NCBI GenBank assembly: GCA_038087875.1
Contig: CM075988.1
Location: 8,682,001 to 8,746,000 of the forward strand
Reading direction: 5' to 3'
DNA from: Malacoraja senta
Lineage: Eukaryota
DNA: 64,000 bases
Below, piece by piece: positions 36,271 to 49,715 of the stretch. The notes beneath the pieces were generated by a model. It ran no database searches. It was not told the DNA's origin and was given only the letters and a program-made list of their open reading frames with translations. Position 1 is the stretch's first letter, and each line of letters opens with the position of its first letter. Made by a program: the position numbers and the translations under genes.

Positions 36271-37929
36271 TGTACGCATTTGAGTGTGAATCTGTATCCC
36301 CTGGATTCTGAATTGAAGAATTATTCAACTGCACAGATGTGTTTGTGTAATAACAAGGAACTGCAGATGCTGATTTACCATAGAAAGACTCAAATTGCTG
36401 GAGTAACTCAGTGGGTGAGGCAGCATCTTGGAGAACATGGATAGGTGACATTCATGGTCAGGATCCTTGAGACTGATTGCAGGGAGGTATGTGGGGGAGT
36501 TAACTGGAAGAGAGGAGGGAAGGGCATAGTATGGCCGATGATAGGTGAATACAGGCGAGGAGGGGTTCTGATAGGCAGGTTGACAAAGGCCAGAGTTGAA
36601 AAGACAGGTGTGAACCCGAAAGGATAGAAAGTTGTGAAGCTGGTGGAAGGAATGGAGGGGGACAGGGACGGTGGGAGATACTGGTATAAGGTCAGCCAGG
36701 GTTGGGGGGCGGAGACAGGGAAGTTTTGGGGAAGAAAGAGATGGAGGAAGGGAGCTGCTTTTGGTTAGCTACCTGATTTGTGACCTGGTTAACTATTATG
36801 AAGTTTAACCTGGTGGTCAATCGCACATGTCAGAGATTGTAAATGGTCATACATATTTACATGGTATGTATGCACATTAAACGTGGGGCAGACCTCTGAG
36901 CCAGCAGAATTATCGAAAGGTTTCGGATGTCTCTAATTCTTGAGCTTGCTGTTGCCAAGTGTGTTCTGTTCATTCTAGTGTGAGCTGTATACATGTGACC
37001 ATTTCTTTTGAACGTAATGCCTACCAGCTTATTCAGTTGAGAAAATTGCAACTGAATGAGAATTAGCCAGGTACATTTTTCTTTGGGGAATGGAAAGAAG
37101 TTTGCTGATGTTTTTTCTCAATAGGTTAATTGCAGTTCCATTGCTGCCACCCGTGTGGAGATCTGAATATGGCCAGGCTTTGCAAGTTAGGAATGCTTTC
37201 TTTATTTTAAGAATAATCAGGAAAGGCTGTTATGCCTTCCATTGTCCTTTACATAACTGCAAAATCCCTAGAAGTTTCGGAGACACAAGAATCTGTAGAT
37301 GCTGAAATCTTGAACAAAAGTGTTTTGGAGGAAATGTATTGAAAAGGCAATGTTTCGGTTTTTGGACCCTTCTTCGGACTGATTCAGACTTTTAGTACTT
37401 TGTAACTGGATGATACTGACTTAATTATTCTGGTTCTGATTAGAATTAGATGTGAACATTTTAAAAATTATTGGGCGAGAAATTCTATTTGCATAAAAAA
37501 ATACTGGAGGAACTTAGCAGGTCAGGCCGTCCCTCTGTGGGCACAGTGATAGTCAACATTTTGGATTAAGGTCCTCCACTGAGAGCGAAAAGAGGAGATG
37601 GCAGTATCAATAGGTAGGGGTAAGGAGTGAACAAGGTTTGGCAGGTGGGGAAGCAGATAGTGGACCCTAGCCAGGTAGAGGAAGGAGAGGGTGGGTCAAG
37701 GTATAAACAAGCTGGAAGATGTTAAGCAGTGAGGGCAAAGGGCTGCAGATTCTCAAATCTGATAAGGAAGGTGATAAGTGGCACCAAATAGGGAAAGGTT
37801 AAAGGGCTGATAGAACCAGGTGGGTGGGGAAAGGTTAATAATAGTATGGGTGGCTGGGCTGGTTTGGCACAAAGGAGGCGTGAGAGAACATGGGTAGATT
37901 AGAAAGAGAAATAAATAAATAGAAGGGGT

Positions 37930-38235
37930 GTGGGTTGCCTGAGCATAGCATATTCAATGTACACACCTTTGGGTTACAGATTAATTCTAACACCGGGATT
38001 AATTCTTCGCGATTGAATGTTGAATCATCATGGCAGTGGAGAAAGCCAAGAGCAGGCAGATTGGTGTAGGAATTGAAAAGGGACGTAAAATTACATGCAA
38101 CAGAGCATTGCAGACAGAGTATCGGGGCTTTGTGAAATGATTGCCTAGTCTATACTTAGTCTTGTCGATGCTAAAGAAGCCTTATGTTAAACACTGAATG
38201 TAATAGACATGTTGAAAGGTGCATGTGAATCTCTG
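37930..38235 (-). mobile_element. Degenerate Penelope GIY-YIG fragment
   Basis: Reverse complement resembles the YI.KT...LGN.F..H region of the 27422 element. Confidence 0.4.
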
Positions 38236-38289
38236 GCCGATTTGCAAGGCCATTCAGTGCATTCTGCGTATCCTGGATCACAAATTAGG

Positions 38290-38820
38290 CGGGGCGACGT
38301 GGTAGAGTTGCTGCATTTTGGCGCCAGAGACCCGGGATCGATCCTAACTATGAGGTGCGGTCTGTACGGAGTTTGTATGTTCTCCCTGGGTTTTCACCGG
38401 GTTCTCCGGTTTCCTCCCACACTTCAAAGACATACGGGTTTGGAGGTTAAGGTAGACACAAATGCTGGAGAAACTTAGCGGGTGAAGCAGCATCTATGGA
38501 GCGAAGAAAATAGGCAACGTTTCGGGTCGAAACCCTTCTTCAGACTGATCTGAAGTCTGAAGAAGGGTTTCGACCCGAACCGTTGCCTATTTCCTTCGCT
38601 CCATAGATGCTGCCTCACCTGCTGAGTTTCTCCAGCATTTTTGTCTACCTACGATTTTCCAGCATCTGCAGTTCCTACTGAAACATAAGGTTTGGAGGTT
38701 AATTGACTTTGGTAAAATTGTAAATTGTCTCTAGTGTGTAGGGCAGTGCTAGTGTACAGGGGATCGCTGATCGGCGTGGACTCGGTGGGCCGAAGAGCCT
38801 GTTTCCACGCTGTGTCTCAA
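38290..38820 (+). mobile_element. V-SINE split by a Penelope mini-element
   Basis: SINE head and V-domain at 38290-38450; the tail resumes at 38689. Confidence 0.8.
38451..38688. mobile_element. Penelope-derived palindromic mini-element with two back-to-back hammerhead cores
   Basis: Near-perfect inverted arms around ~38547, with a 14-bp TSD ggtttggaggttaa (38437-38450 / 38689-38702). Confidence 0.85.
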
Positions 38821-41018
38821 GTCTGCAAGGAATTTTTTTTGAGTAAAATCAGCGGCTACTTGCATATGCATTAAAAAAAATTGAATGAAGCCACACCAGT
38901 GAAAACTTGTGCAAGTGCAGCAGTAGTGTAGCTTCCACATGTGACTGATTTCAAGATAAGTCAGAGTGAACATTTATTTTTAATTAACACTGGTTAAAAG
39001 AAAGTCAACAATAAGAACCTTTACAAAAGGAGTAATTACCTGCACTGTTTGGGAATTTTTAATTCGTCGCTCTGGAGGTAGGAAGTACTGGGATTTGGGA
39101 AAAAGAATCGGTATAATTGTTGGCAAGAAAATGCGGATGTTTTAATAGTGGTCCAGTTGTTCACTTATAGCCCAAAAATACATTGAAGGACTCTGTTTCA
39201 ATGGGTTTACTACCAAGCAGTTAGCAGCTCTCTTACCAAATTTTACCTATCCAAGTCATTCTGTGTTTTTTTTTAAATTCTGAGTGCCAAGTAGCCATGG
39301 CTTTCCATTAATAATTAGTGAGGACCATTGACTTCATGCAACCAATGAACTATATTCTGCACTGTCTTTCCCTTTGCTCTATTTATTGTACTTACGTTTG
39401 ACGATTGTATTTATGCATGGTATATCTGATCTGTTTGGACTGCACCCAATACAAAGCTTTACACTATACCATGGTACACGTGGCAATAATATACCTAAAC
39501 CTTGTCACCTTAATTCTCAAATCAGTCCAGCTTATTGCTATGCCCGTCCAGAGTTCAGTCTTGTCAAAGTTCAGTGCCTGGAACGGCGACCTATCTGCCC
39601 AGTCTTACAATATGGTTCTCATTGCAAGAATGAAACAACTTGTATCTATCTGTGGGTGCTAGTTTGACCAACAGCAGTCCGCCTCATTTGGAAAAATGAT
39701 GGCCATGCGAGCAGCAACACATTGAACCATCCTGACCTGTTATAAGGTTAATTGTTCATCACTCAGTGGGGTACTGTGTAAAACCAACTTTTCCCCACAT
39801 TGTACGGTGATGGCCTGTTCCTATGTCATAGGTACTTTCTGTCAGCTGGGTAGCTCTCCTGTGAAATTTTCCCTCGGGATGCTCACTTAGAAAATATGTT
39901 TTCTTTTATGAACACTATCTCCACCTTTACAGTGTCCCCAGGCCAATCTAAGCAGGTATGTTTTCTCGATGGAAGTATTGGACTGTTTAAAATAAAAAAA
40001 GTCTCTGTTGCACTTGTGTGAAAGGAACTGTACTCTCTGGAAGATAAACTCCATGCCATTGCCAAGATCCCTCGCTAGGATTGAATAAAGAATGACAAAC
40101 TCCCCACAGTATTTTGTTCCTTTTCCCCTGTAACTTCTCATCTCCCTGTCCAGTTCAGCACGTAATGGAAACAAGATTAAAGAAGTTGATCATGAGTTGA
40201 ATTTTTATACATGAAATAAAAATCACCCATGTGTGACATTTCCCCCCCCCCTTGGGAACTAAACTTTCCTCCTGGTCTGCCCCATTAGCTTGGTGTTGGA
40301 TGTACAGGTGGTGTCTCTGAATCTGTTTAATGCAGTGTCAAGATGGAAGCCATGGATAAAATGGCATACAAAATTTCTACTATTTGTAGTCCGAGTCTAG
40401 TGACTCTTCATTGGATTGTATGTGGCCATGTTGGTAAGCAACTTAATAGGCATTCCTGTCATCTGAAATTAAAGCATAGGGATAATGTGTGCTCATTAAT
40501 GAAGCTTTTATTGTAGAGTAAGTGTTCAAACTAGCCAGCATCCAGAAATGTAAGCCGAGTAGTTTTGGGATAAGGTAAGTCGTTTTTGGAAAAGTATGAG
40601 GTGAGGAAGTGTGACATGCCATTGGATGAACATGGCTACCATGTGTAGCTGAAGGAAGTGAGATGCAGGAAAATATTTATTTAAATAGATTGGTGTCAGA
40701 TATTTGGAGGAGAAGGAGGAGCAAAATTAATGTGAAATTATCTGCTTCTTGTGTTAGTAATTCTGCTGGATCGCAGGTTTGGCAACAAGAACATATATGT
40801 CTCTCAAATATGATTCATTTGGTAACACTCTTGTCTCTAGGTCAGATGGTTTCCACTCCAGTAACTTCAGCTCAAACTTCCAGGGTGACAATCTGGTGGT
40901 GTTTTGATATGGGTACTGTTCATCGCGTGGGATATTAAACTAAAACCCCACTTGATCGTTAGGGACAACTGAAGATCCTGTGGTTTTTTTTTTTAAGGAG
41001 CTAGAGAACTATCAACAA

Positions 41019-41213
41019 GGTAGACACAAAATGCTGGTATAACTCAGCGGGACAGGCAGCATCTCTGGAGAGAAAGAATGAGTGACGTTTCGGGTCGAGA
41101 TCCTTCTTCAGACTAATGTCGGGAGTGGGCAGGATAGAGATCTGTGGGCGGGACAGAAAGTAGCATTTTGTGTCTACCTTCGATTTAAACCAGCATCTGC
41201 AGTTCTTTCCTAT
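41019..41213. mobile_element. Penelope-derived inverted mini-element
   Basis: 13-bp TSD gaactatcaacaa (41006-41018 / 41214-41226). Confidence 0.75.
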
Positions 41214-41671
41214 GAACTATCAACAATGTCATTTTCTTCTACTGGACCATGATTTTGAATGTGTACATTAAATCTCTCCTTGGATGTTGTGCAGTAAGCA
41301 GTTGCTATATAGCTTTACTCATCAGTATAATCACAATTTGCATCATTCATGTTTTTGTATAACACAAGGTGCTTTATAGAAATAATTATGAAAGAAAATT
41401 TGTAGAAGATATTGGGACAAATGATCAGAAAGCTTAATTGGAGGTGAGCACAATAGAAAGACTGAGGTTTAAGAAGTAACATTTGAAGATTTGAGCTCTA
41501 GCAGTTGAAGGCTTCATCACAATTGAGACCAGAGCGTGCAGCAGTCCATGTTCGAAGCGTACTGAGATTGGAAGTGGTTATAGAGCTGGAGTGCATTAGA
41601 GAATGGGAACAGCAAGATCCTAGATGGAACTGAAGTGTGCAACATTGCTGAACTGAGCATAGATCTCTACC

Positions 41672-41827
41672 TGTTTAAGAAAGAACTGCAGATGCTGGAA
41701 AAATTCGAAGGTAGACAAAAATGCTGGAGAAACTGTCTGAAGAAGGGTCTCGACCTGAAACGTCACCTATTCCTTCGCTCCATAGATGCTGCCTCACCCG
41801 CTGAGTTTCTCCAGCAATTTTGTCTAC
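41672..41827. mobile_element. Penelope-derived inverted mini-element
   Basis: 14-bp TSD catagatctctacc (41658-41671 / 41828-41841). Confidence 0.75.
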
Positions 41828-42519
41828 CATAGATCTCTACCCTTGTGCCATCTACCCCTGACAACTTTAATAGCACATAACAATGTTATTTCACTTATTT
41901 CTGAACAACTAATGATGAACAGATACAGACCTGTATACCAGAACCAAACACAAACAGTCAATGAGAAAAAAAACATGTACAAATCCAGAATCAATAAATT
42001 TATCTCCTGGGTAGGCGAAATTTACCCCCTGGGGGTAAATTTACCCCAGGTTGGGAACCTTTGAAATGAATAATATACATTTATAGTTTCTTTTTAGTAA
42101 ACCTCTTCATCTTGTCATCCTTACTAAAGTGTTAAATACATAATTGGGAGTACTCTACTGACTAGACCTAACCATTAATTTTATTTTGTTCTTCATGCCT
42201 TTTGCTTAGAAAACTGAGGATCTTTATCTAATTTTTGTCACCTTCCAATATGTGCTTGTATCCACATTTTCCTCCTCCCCATTTAAATTCAATGTTTACA
42301 CCTTTTGAAATCTGTAGCATGGTTACAAATTATTTTTAACATTTATGTTGCACAAATTCAATGCGTGTGTGTGTTATTAATTAAGTATGGAGGGCTGGAG
42401 GTTTCAATTTATTTTCTTACCGAAGCAAACAGTTGCTGGAAAGAAAATACCAGAAGAAAATGGATTTCTTTGCTGCCGAGGAATGGAGCAGAAAATAAGT
42501 TAACTGACATAGATTCATG

Positions 42520-43165
42520 GTCATAGTCATACAGCGTGGAATAAGGCCCTTCACCCCTTGCCCATACTGACCAAAATGTCCCATCTGCACGAGTCCCACC
42601 TGCCTCTGTTTGCCCATATCCCTCTAAACCATGTACCTGTCTAATTGTTTCTTAAACGTTGCGATATTCTCTGATTCAACTACCTCCTCTGCCAGCTCGT
42701 CCCATGCACCCACCACCCTTTGTGTGAAAAGGTTACCCTCAGATTCCTATTAAATCTTTTCCCCTTCACCTTCAACCTATGTCCTCTGGTTCTTAATTTC
42801 CCTACTTTGGGCAAGAGACTGCATCTACCCAATCTATTCCTCTCATGATTTTATATGCCTCTATAAGATCTGCCTTCGTATTCCTGCGCTCCAAGGAATA
42901 GAGTCCTGGCCTGCTCAACCTCTCCCTATAGCTCAGACCCTCGAGTCCTGGCAACATTCTCGGAAATCTTCTCTGTACCCCTTCCAACTTGACAACATCT
43001 TTCCTATAACATGGTGCCCAGAACTGAACACACTACTCTAAATGTGGCCTCAACAACGTGTCTGCAATATGACCTCCCAGCTTCTATACTCAATACTCTG
43101 ACTGATGAAGGTCAATGTGCCAAAAGCCTTTTTGACACCACCTTCAAGGAACTATACACCTGCCA
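42520..43165 (-). mobile_element. CR1 LINE 3' portion
   Basis: EGVQRRFPRMLPGLEGLSYRERLSRPGLYSLERR..KADLIE.YKIMRGID on the minus strand, plus a (ctatga)n-like tail. Confidence 0.85.
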
Positions 43166-43719
43166 AGTTAAAGTTTAAAACAATGCCTCATGAGTGAGAA
43201 ATTTGGAATGAACTGAGATTTTAACTTTATTTCTCCTGTCAAAGAATTCTGTGTCTGGTGGATTCAACTGAGAGAAATCCCTTGTAACTTTAATATAGAT
43301 TTGAAGTGTGTCATCTGCCGGAATTGATTTGAGCCAACTGTTTCTTCCAGCATGGCTTCAGGCAGTTTTCTGCCAGAGTTCTCACAACACTTTGACATGG
43401 CAGAGCTCGAAATTAGCAGTTGCCCGGGAGCCATTGACCACCCAAAGTGCCGCCGATCAACCTAAACACCGAGTCATTTTGCCCGGCTTGGCAATCAAAT
43501 ACTGGTTTATACCGATAGACACAAAAAACTGGAGTAACTCCGCGGGTCAGGCAGCATCTCTGGAGAATAGGAACGTGATGTTTCGTGTCGGCGGCGGCTG
43601 TGCGGGGCAAAGATACTAGGTGCGTGGTGACGAAGGGTCGGAGCGAATGATGGGCCCCGAACAGCGGCAGCAGCGGCCGCGACAGCGGCTCCACCGCCTC
43701 CTCCTCCCGCACCCCGCCC

Positions 43720-43931
43720 GGCGGAAGGAGGCCTCCCCCTCTCTCTCTCCCTCCCTCCCTCCTCCCTGCCTCTGCGTGCGAGAGGGGTTATTTTGAAAGC
43801 GCCGTTGGCGGATTTGCAAGCAGCGGCCGCTATCGCCCTGATAACGGCCGCTGCCTGCAAATCCGCCAACGGCGCTTTCAAAACAACCCATCTCGCATGC
43901 CGAGGGAGGGAGGGGGAGGCCTCCTTCCGCC
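43720..43931. repeat. GC-rich long inverted repeat (hairpin) in intron 2
   Basis: Outer arms ggcggaaggaggcctccccct / agggggaggcctccttccgcc. Inner arms of about 50 bp with about 3 mismatches around a 5-nt loop. The ORF track shows MKAPLADLQAAA on both strands. Confidence 0.9.
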
Positions 43932-44199
43932 ATCTGAAGCAGCTGCACGACAGATCCTATAGCTATAGGATCTTTGAGCTCCACCGCTCGGCCCTGCACC
44001 TTGCTGTTGGCTGGCGGAGGAGAGGAGGCTGTGACGAGGAGTTCCCAACCGCCTCCCCCTTTGGCGGCGGCACTTTGGCGTTGGACAGTGACGGCCAAGG
44101 CAGCGGGGCGATGTTGTCCGAGGAGCGCTGACCTTCCTTCCTCCCCACCTCCTCTGCCCCTTCCCCCCCCTCCCCCCTCTCTCTCTCTCTCTGTCTCTT

Positions 44200-45030
44200 G
44201 TACGCCCCCCTCCACCCCTCTTATCCTGGGACCCCTCTCCATCCCGCACTGATCCCCATTCCCTCCTCTATTCAGTCTTCACTGACATCCCCTGTGCTCC
44301 CCTCCCCATCTACCCCCCCAATCTATTCATCACCCTACCCACCTCGCATTGATTCTCCTGCCACCCCCCCATCCATCCTACACTGATCCACCCATTCATC
44401 CCGTACTGACCCACCCTCCATTTACCCTGCAACAATCCCCCCATCCATCCTTTAGCGATCTCCCCATTCATCTTTTACTGATCCCCTCATGCATCCCGTA
44501 CTGATCCCCTCATGCATCCCATACTGATCCCCCGTTCATCCTATACTGATCCCCTCATTCATCCTGTAGTGATCCCCCATTCGTCCTGCACAGACCCTCC
44601 GATCCACACTATCGTGACCCCCACCCCCCCCCCCCATTCATCATGTACTGATTCCCCCATTCAAGAAGAATGGGGGGGACAGTCTGAAGAAGGGTCTCGA
44701 CCCGAAAAGTTGGCTATTTCCATCGCTCCATAGATGCTGCCTCACCCGTTGAGTTTCTCCAGCATTTTTGTCTACCCCCATTCATCCTGTACTGATCTCC
44801 CATTCATCCTGTACTGATCCCCCCCCCCCCATCCATCCCGTACTGAACATCCCATTCAACACCACTGACATCTCCCGTGCTATCCCCTCACAATTTTACA
44901 TACTCCAACCAACACGTACTAATTCACCTGCCTCAATCCCTCCATTCCGCACCGATTGCCTTCTCAACCCCCTCCCCCCCCCCGCCATCTATCCACCCCG
45001 CATTGATTCACACCCCCCCCCCCTCCCTGA
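44200..45030. repeat. Degenerate ~21-bp C-rich minisatellite with an embedded Penelope repeat (44681-44775)
   Basis: Recurring unit cccattcatcctgtactgatc. Confidence 0.8.
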
Positions 45031-45660
45031 CCCTATTGTGCTTCATGGTCTTCAGAGCGAACATTGACTATGTTTGATAACGGAATGCAATCAAATGTGT
45101 TTTAATTCCCAATGTTATTATTTGTTTTGACACCTTTAAACATATTACCAATAGAACATTTGCTGCAGTTATGTACTTTGGCCATCTCTTGTCAGTTAGT
45201 GTAATGTTTAACCTGTCAGATGGGTATAGTCGGTTTTAACAGCTATTATCATAAAATGCCTTTAGAAATTTCCTTGCAACCTGTATATTTTGTTATGGAT
45301 AAATTATGTGGGAAGCGAGTGTTTCTGTACCAATAGCAATAACGACCCATGCTAAGGCCATGTCATGATAATTTTCGGTCTTTCACAGAGAACATGCTTG
45401 CATCAATCTGTAGTGTGCATGGTTAAGCATATATGTTACCATGGTCCAGGATTTATTGACACAGGTTGATCATATGCTGAATAATCCAACCACATTTTTG
45501 TTTGGAAGTGGAAAGAACTAATAGAAATTGCATTAATTGCAATGTGTAAAAAGAGTTGAGATATTGTATTATAATTTTGCTGTGTCATTGTGGTATATAT
45601 CATGTCTCGATTGGTGAATATGTTTAGTTTGTGAGTTATTTGAAGCAGAAATAATATGTG

Positions 45661-45881
45661 AATGTAGACAAAAGTGCTGGAGAAACTCAGCGGATGCGGC
45701 AGCATCCATGGAGCGAAGGAAATAGGCAACATTTCGGGCCGAACCCCTTCTTCAGACTGATGGGTTTCGGCCTGAAACGTTGCCTATTTCCTTCGCTCCA
45801 TAGATGCTGCTGCACCCGCTGAGTTTCTCCAGCACTTTTGTCTACCTTCGATTTTCCAGCATCTGCAGTTCCTTCTTGAAC
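45661..45881. mobile_element. Penelope-derived palindromic mini-element
   Basis: Inverted arms of about 85 bp, with a 10-bp TSD ataatatgtg (45651-45660 / 45882-45891). Confidence 0.8.
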
Positions 45882-47565
45882 ATAATATGTGCATTCTTCA
45901 TTGAGAATAATTCCGACTGGTAACTACGCACTTCGTCTGAGCACATTATCGCACGCATCATGCAAACCGTCTTAAATGACCACCTAAACTGTCATTTGGC
46001 AACCTAAAAAGCTGTCAAGGTTGCCCGGCTGGCAACAGAGAAAAAAAGTTAAGTGAGAGCCCTGCATGGTGTGTTGCAGATTAAGAACCAACTGCACTTG
46101 TGCAATGTCTTTGTTAGTGAGACCCTGCCCCAGGTTCACCATCTGATAAAGCTGCAACTGCTATTGAAAACTTGTGAATTCTGCACAAATCAGTGGTATT
46201 TGAAACCTATCAAAAATAACAAACTTTTATTGAGTCTCAGTCACTTTGGTTAAAATCATGCCGCATAACTGTATAGTTAACAAGGAGTAGCCATTGTGTC
46301 GTGAATCCTCTCCTGCTTCGCTGCCTTGTTTCTTGTTGAGTGCACTGACCAAGGATCAACACAATTTCTGGGCTCCAGATGAACACAGACAACTTTTAAA
46401 GAGGGACCAAGGGTATCATATTTTTTTTTAATTTGTGAATTATCTGACCATCCAAACCAACACACTTCTTTCTATGCGGTAAGCTGGTTCATACAGTTTT
46501 CGCTGTTTCTGTTATGCAAAGCAACTTAACTTCATGCATATTGAAAAGGGGGCTGTAACTATATGATGAGGAAAAGAATCTGGGTTATAGAAAATATGAT
46601 ATTTGGAGTTTATAGTTTTTTGACTGTTGGTGAAATGGCAACCTTTTAGTTGAGGTGCTTAAAAGATCCCACTGACTTTTGAAGGGTTGAGAAGTAGCAT
46701 GTTCTGGCAGGTGATCCTGCCTTGACCAACAGTACAAAATGAAACACATTCATTTGGTTGCACTTAGTGGCCTTCCAGCATGCTTCTGTTTTATTCTTTA
46801 TTTCTTGAAAGAGTTGATATGTTCATGAGGGAAGTATGGGTCTGAAGCTATGAAAGAAACCACATAAATCCTCTATGTTAAAGAAAATATTAACCCTGTC
46901 GTGTGGTTTGTAAAATGTTGAAAATATTTTCTATGTTTATATTCTGTTCCTCGTTTAATCTGGCTCTTTATCACTGATGCTCTGAACTTGACTAGAATAT
47001 TTCAAAAGGGAATATTCCATGATTTGCTGGGCATTAACTAATATTTGTATTTCTAATCTGCGTCGGAGGGTGCTATTTCTACGTCAGTATGGCCTGTTTT
47101 GATGTTCTAGCTTACTCTTGGATTTTAACAGAAGGGAATGAACAGTCATTGAGTAAAAGCCATCTGCCTGGACCAAAACAGCTGGAAAAGATAGGCAGTC
47201 TATTTTAGTTCCTCAGTAGTCTGAATAAATAATGTCTTGTCAGTTTTATCTCTAATAAGTAAAACTCCTGGTTCGATCACAGCATGTATGAGTTAAATGC
47301 TTCTGTTTTCCCTGTTGCAATTGGCCGATGATTAAATGTATTAAAGTTCAGTGGTGTATTTCTCCATGTGGGAACTGACTTGACTCGGACAGCTTTGCTT
47401 TGACCAGATTGCAGCATTTTATGGTACAAGGCCAGGACAAATTCAGAACACATGGTGAATAATGTGCTGTTGTCTGTTAAGTGTGTGAACCTAACGGTGA
47501 TGTGCACATGTGCTATTCTCTGAAACTCGTCAATTAGCTCACTTTTGTATCTTATTTTTCTTTAG

Positions 47566-47626
47566 AAGAAATGAATTTTGTAAAGAAGAAGCCAGAAGCA
47601 CGGCATGATTCCACAGAAAATATGCA
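47566..47626 (+). CDS. MSANTD2: MSANTD2-like coding exon 3 (61 bp)
   Basis: Acceptor cttatttttctttag and donor CA|GTAAGT. Phase 1 in and phase 2 out join exon 2 to exon 4 exactly. Encodes EEMNFVKKKPEARHDSTENMQ. Confidence 0.8.
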
Positions 47627-48639
47627 GTAAGTCGCCTTTCTCAATTTTAAACGTAAAATTCCTTGCAGGTTACTGCAGTGGATTTGAAACCACTGTCTGC
47701 GAGAATGTCAAATTAATCTCATCATTCCCAGGTGTGCAATTGAGTTTTTTAAAGTGTCTGGTTCGATTGCTGGTCTGTATTGCTGGGCACTATTCATTAC
47801 TGATGGTCCTGATCCAGAGAATATGAAAACCAGCCAAACTGTTCACTGGTCAGTGTTAGTTACTGGATGGTATGTGTGCGTTAAAGTAAATATGATGCAG
47901 CTGTGATTACATTCACAGCTGCTGAAGCTCCCTGTCTTGCTGCTGTTAAACGCTGAAACAGTGAAGGTTGGTAACACTTCCCAATGCTAACCCAGGTGTG
48001 AAGAGGATCTCGCTTAAAATTTAGCACGTTGAATAGGATTGTTGGTTAAGGGTACCATTTAAGTACATTCCTGCAAACAATCAACCTACAGAATGAATGA
48101 GGGCAGAGGCAGCAGTGACAGTGGCAGGTATCTTTGATCTCTGGGATCTCCTATGGCATTTTCTGTTGGTTTGGCATTTTTGGTTTCCATTTTAAATAAT
48201 ACAATTCCACAGCTTTATGGAACGTGTTTCACACTGCTCCATATTTAGTTTGACACAATCTAGAGTATCATCTAATCAGATTAAATAAAGATGATTAAAT
48301 AAATATTGTTGGCATAATATATTTCCTGTGGACTGTGTAAAGTCTTTTGGTTGTCCAGCTTTGCTAGGCCTGATAACTTGATGTATCAGAGATACAATGT
48401 GTGGCTCAAACTTCTGAAGTCCAGACCCAAACCCCAGGCTGCTCAATCCTGTTTGTACATATTCCTTGATTGCTGGATAAATTCCATTGGCCCAAACGTT
48501 TGGGCGATATTTTCCTTGGTCAAAGGAATCCTAAATGGTAAACCCAACAATAGAAATATGGAAATGTGAATACTTCATATAAACGCACTTGTTTTCATGC
48601 CACATACTAAGTTTTGACAAAGATAAAAATGTCTTTAGT

Positions 48640-48920
48640 TTTTGAGATACAGGGTGGAAACGAGCCTTTCGGCCCACCGAGTCTGCGCCAACCGGTGGTC
48701 CCTGCTATCCTACACACACTAGGGACAATTTATAATTATACTAAGCCAATTAACCTACAAACCTGTACGCCTTTGGAGTTTTGGCGAAAACCGGAGATCA
48801 TGGAGCAAACACACACAGTTCACGGGGAGAACGTGCATACTTCGTACAGACAGCACCCATAGTCAGGATCGAACCTGTGTCTGGCACTGTAAGGCAGCAA
48901 ATCTGCCGCCATGCCACCCT
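48640..48920 (-). mobile_element. V-SINE (HE1-like)
   Basis: Reverse complement of the 77-372 family. Confidence 0.75.
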
Positions 48921-49715
48921 TGGTCTCAATATTTAGCCGAAAAGAATAATTTGTGAAGAATTGGGGTTGATATCGTGCCTGACCAATTTCATTCATCCTT
49001 ATCAGCAATTTCCTTCCCTGCCCCCCACAGTTGAGCATTGGAATTCATTCCACTTCTCCCTTTGTTGAGGAGCCATTCCATTCATACACTGATGTGACTA
49101 TTTCTGATTTAATGTTTAACAATAATCATAGTCACTCATTGAGCTTTGTCACCCACTCCATGAGCAAACATTATCTTCTTGAAGCCATCTAGTGACGAAC
49201 AACTGTAATGACTGCCGAAGTAATGGGTAATCTGGTTGTTGGAATACTGATACTGCCATTATGCCTTAACAAGTGATAACTGATGTCAAAGTAAATGCCT
49301 TGACTGGTGAAATATATCCCCTCTCCAATTGCATTGGAACTTTCCAAATACTTCCTGCTATTTCTCTAAATTTAACAACTTATAAAAGTTCTCCATTGAG
49401 AACTGGGTTGGTAATTGGGAGACACAAATTTAAGATAATTTCAAAAAAGAGATGATTAAAAAATGAAGATATTTACATTTAATGTTGCTATGATCTGGAC
49501 TGTCCTAGATTAGTTTTGGTAATGTTTTTTTTTTTGGTGGGAACTGCATGCAGAAAGAAAACTTTGCAGAAATATAATTGATATTAAGAGTGGAACCACT
49601 TGGCATGATCTACCAAATGACATGCCTTCTTGCCTCTTTTTTAATTATTTGCATATTGCAGCTTGCATGCAGTTTATACACTTTTCTGACTTTCCACTAT
49701 TTGCTTTTTTTCTAG

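Noticed and set aside
43413..44252. Several 100-200 aa ORFs on both strands
   Set aside because: Artefacts of the GC-rich palindrome and purine/pyrimidine tracts; no splice or homology support.
46640..46780. Possible ancient DeuSINE remnant
   Set aside because: Only a few short motifs (aaaagatccca) match by eye; too degenerate to call without a profile search.
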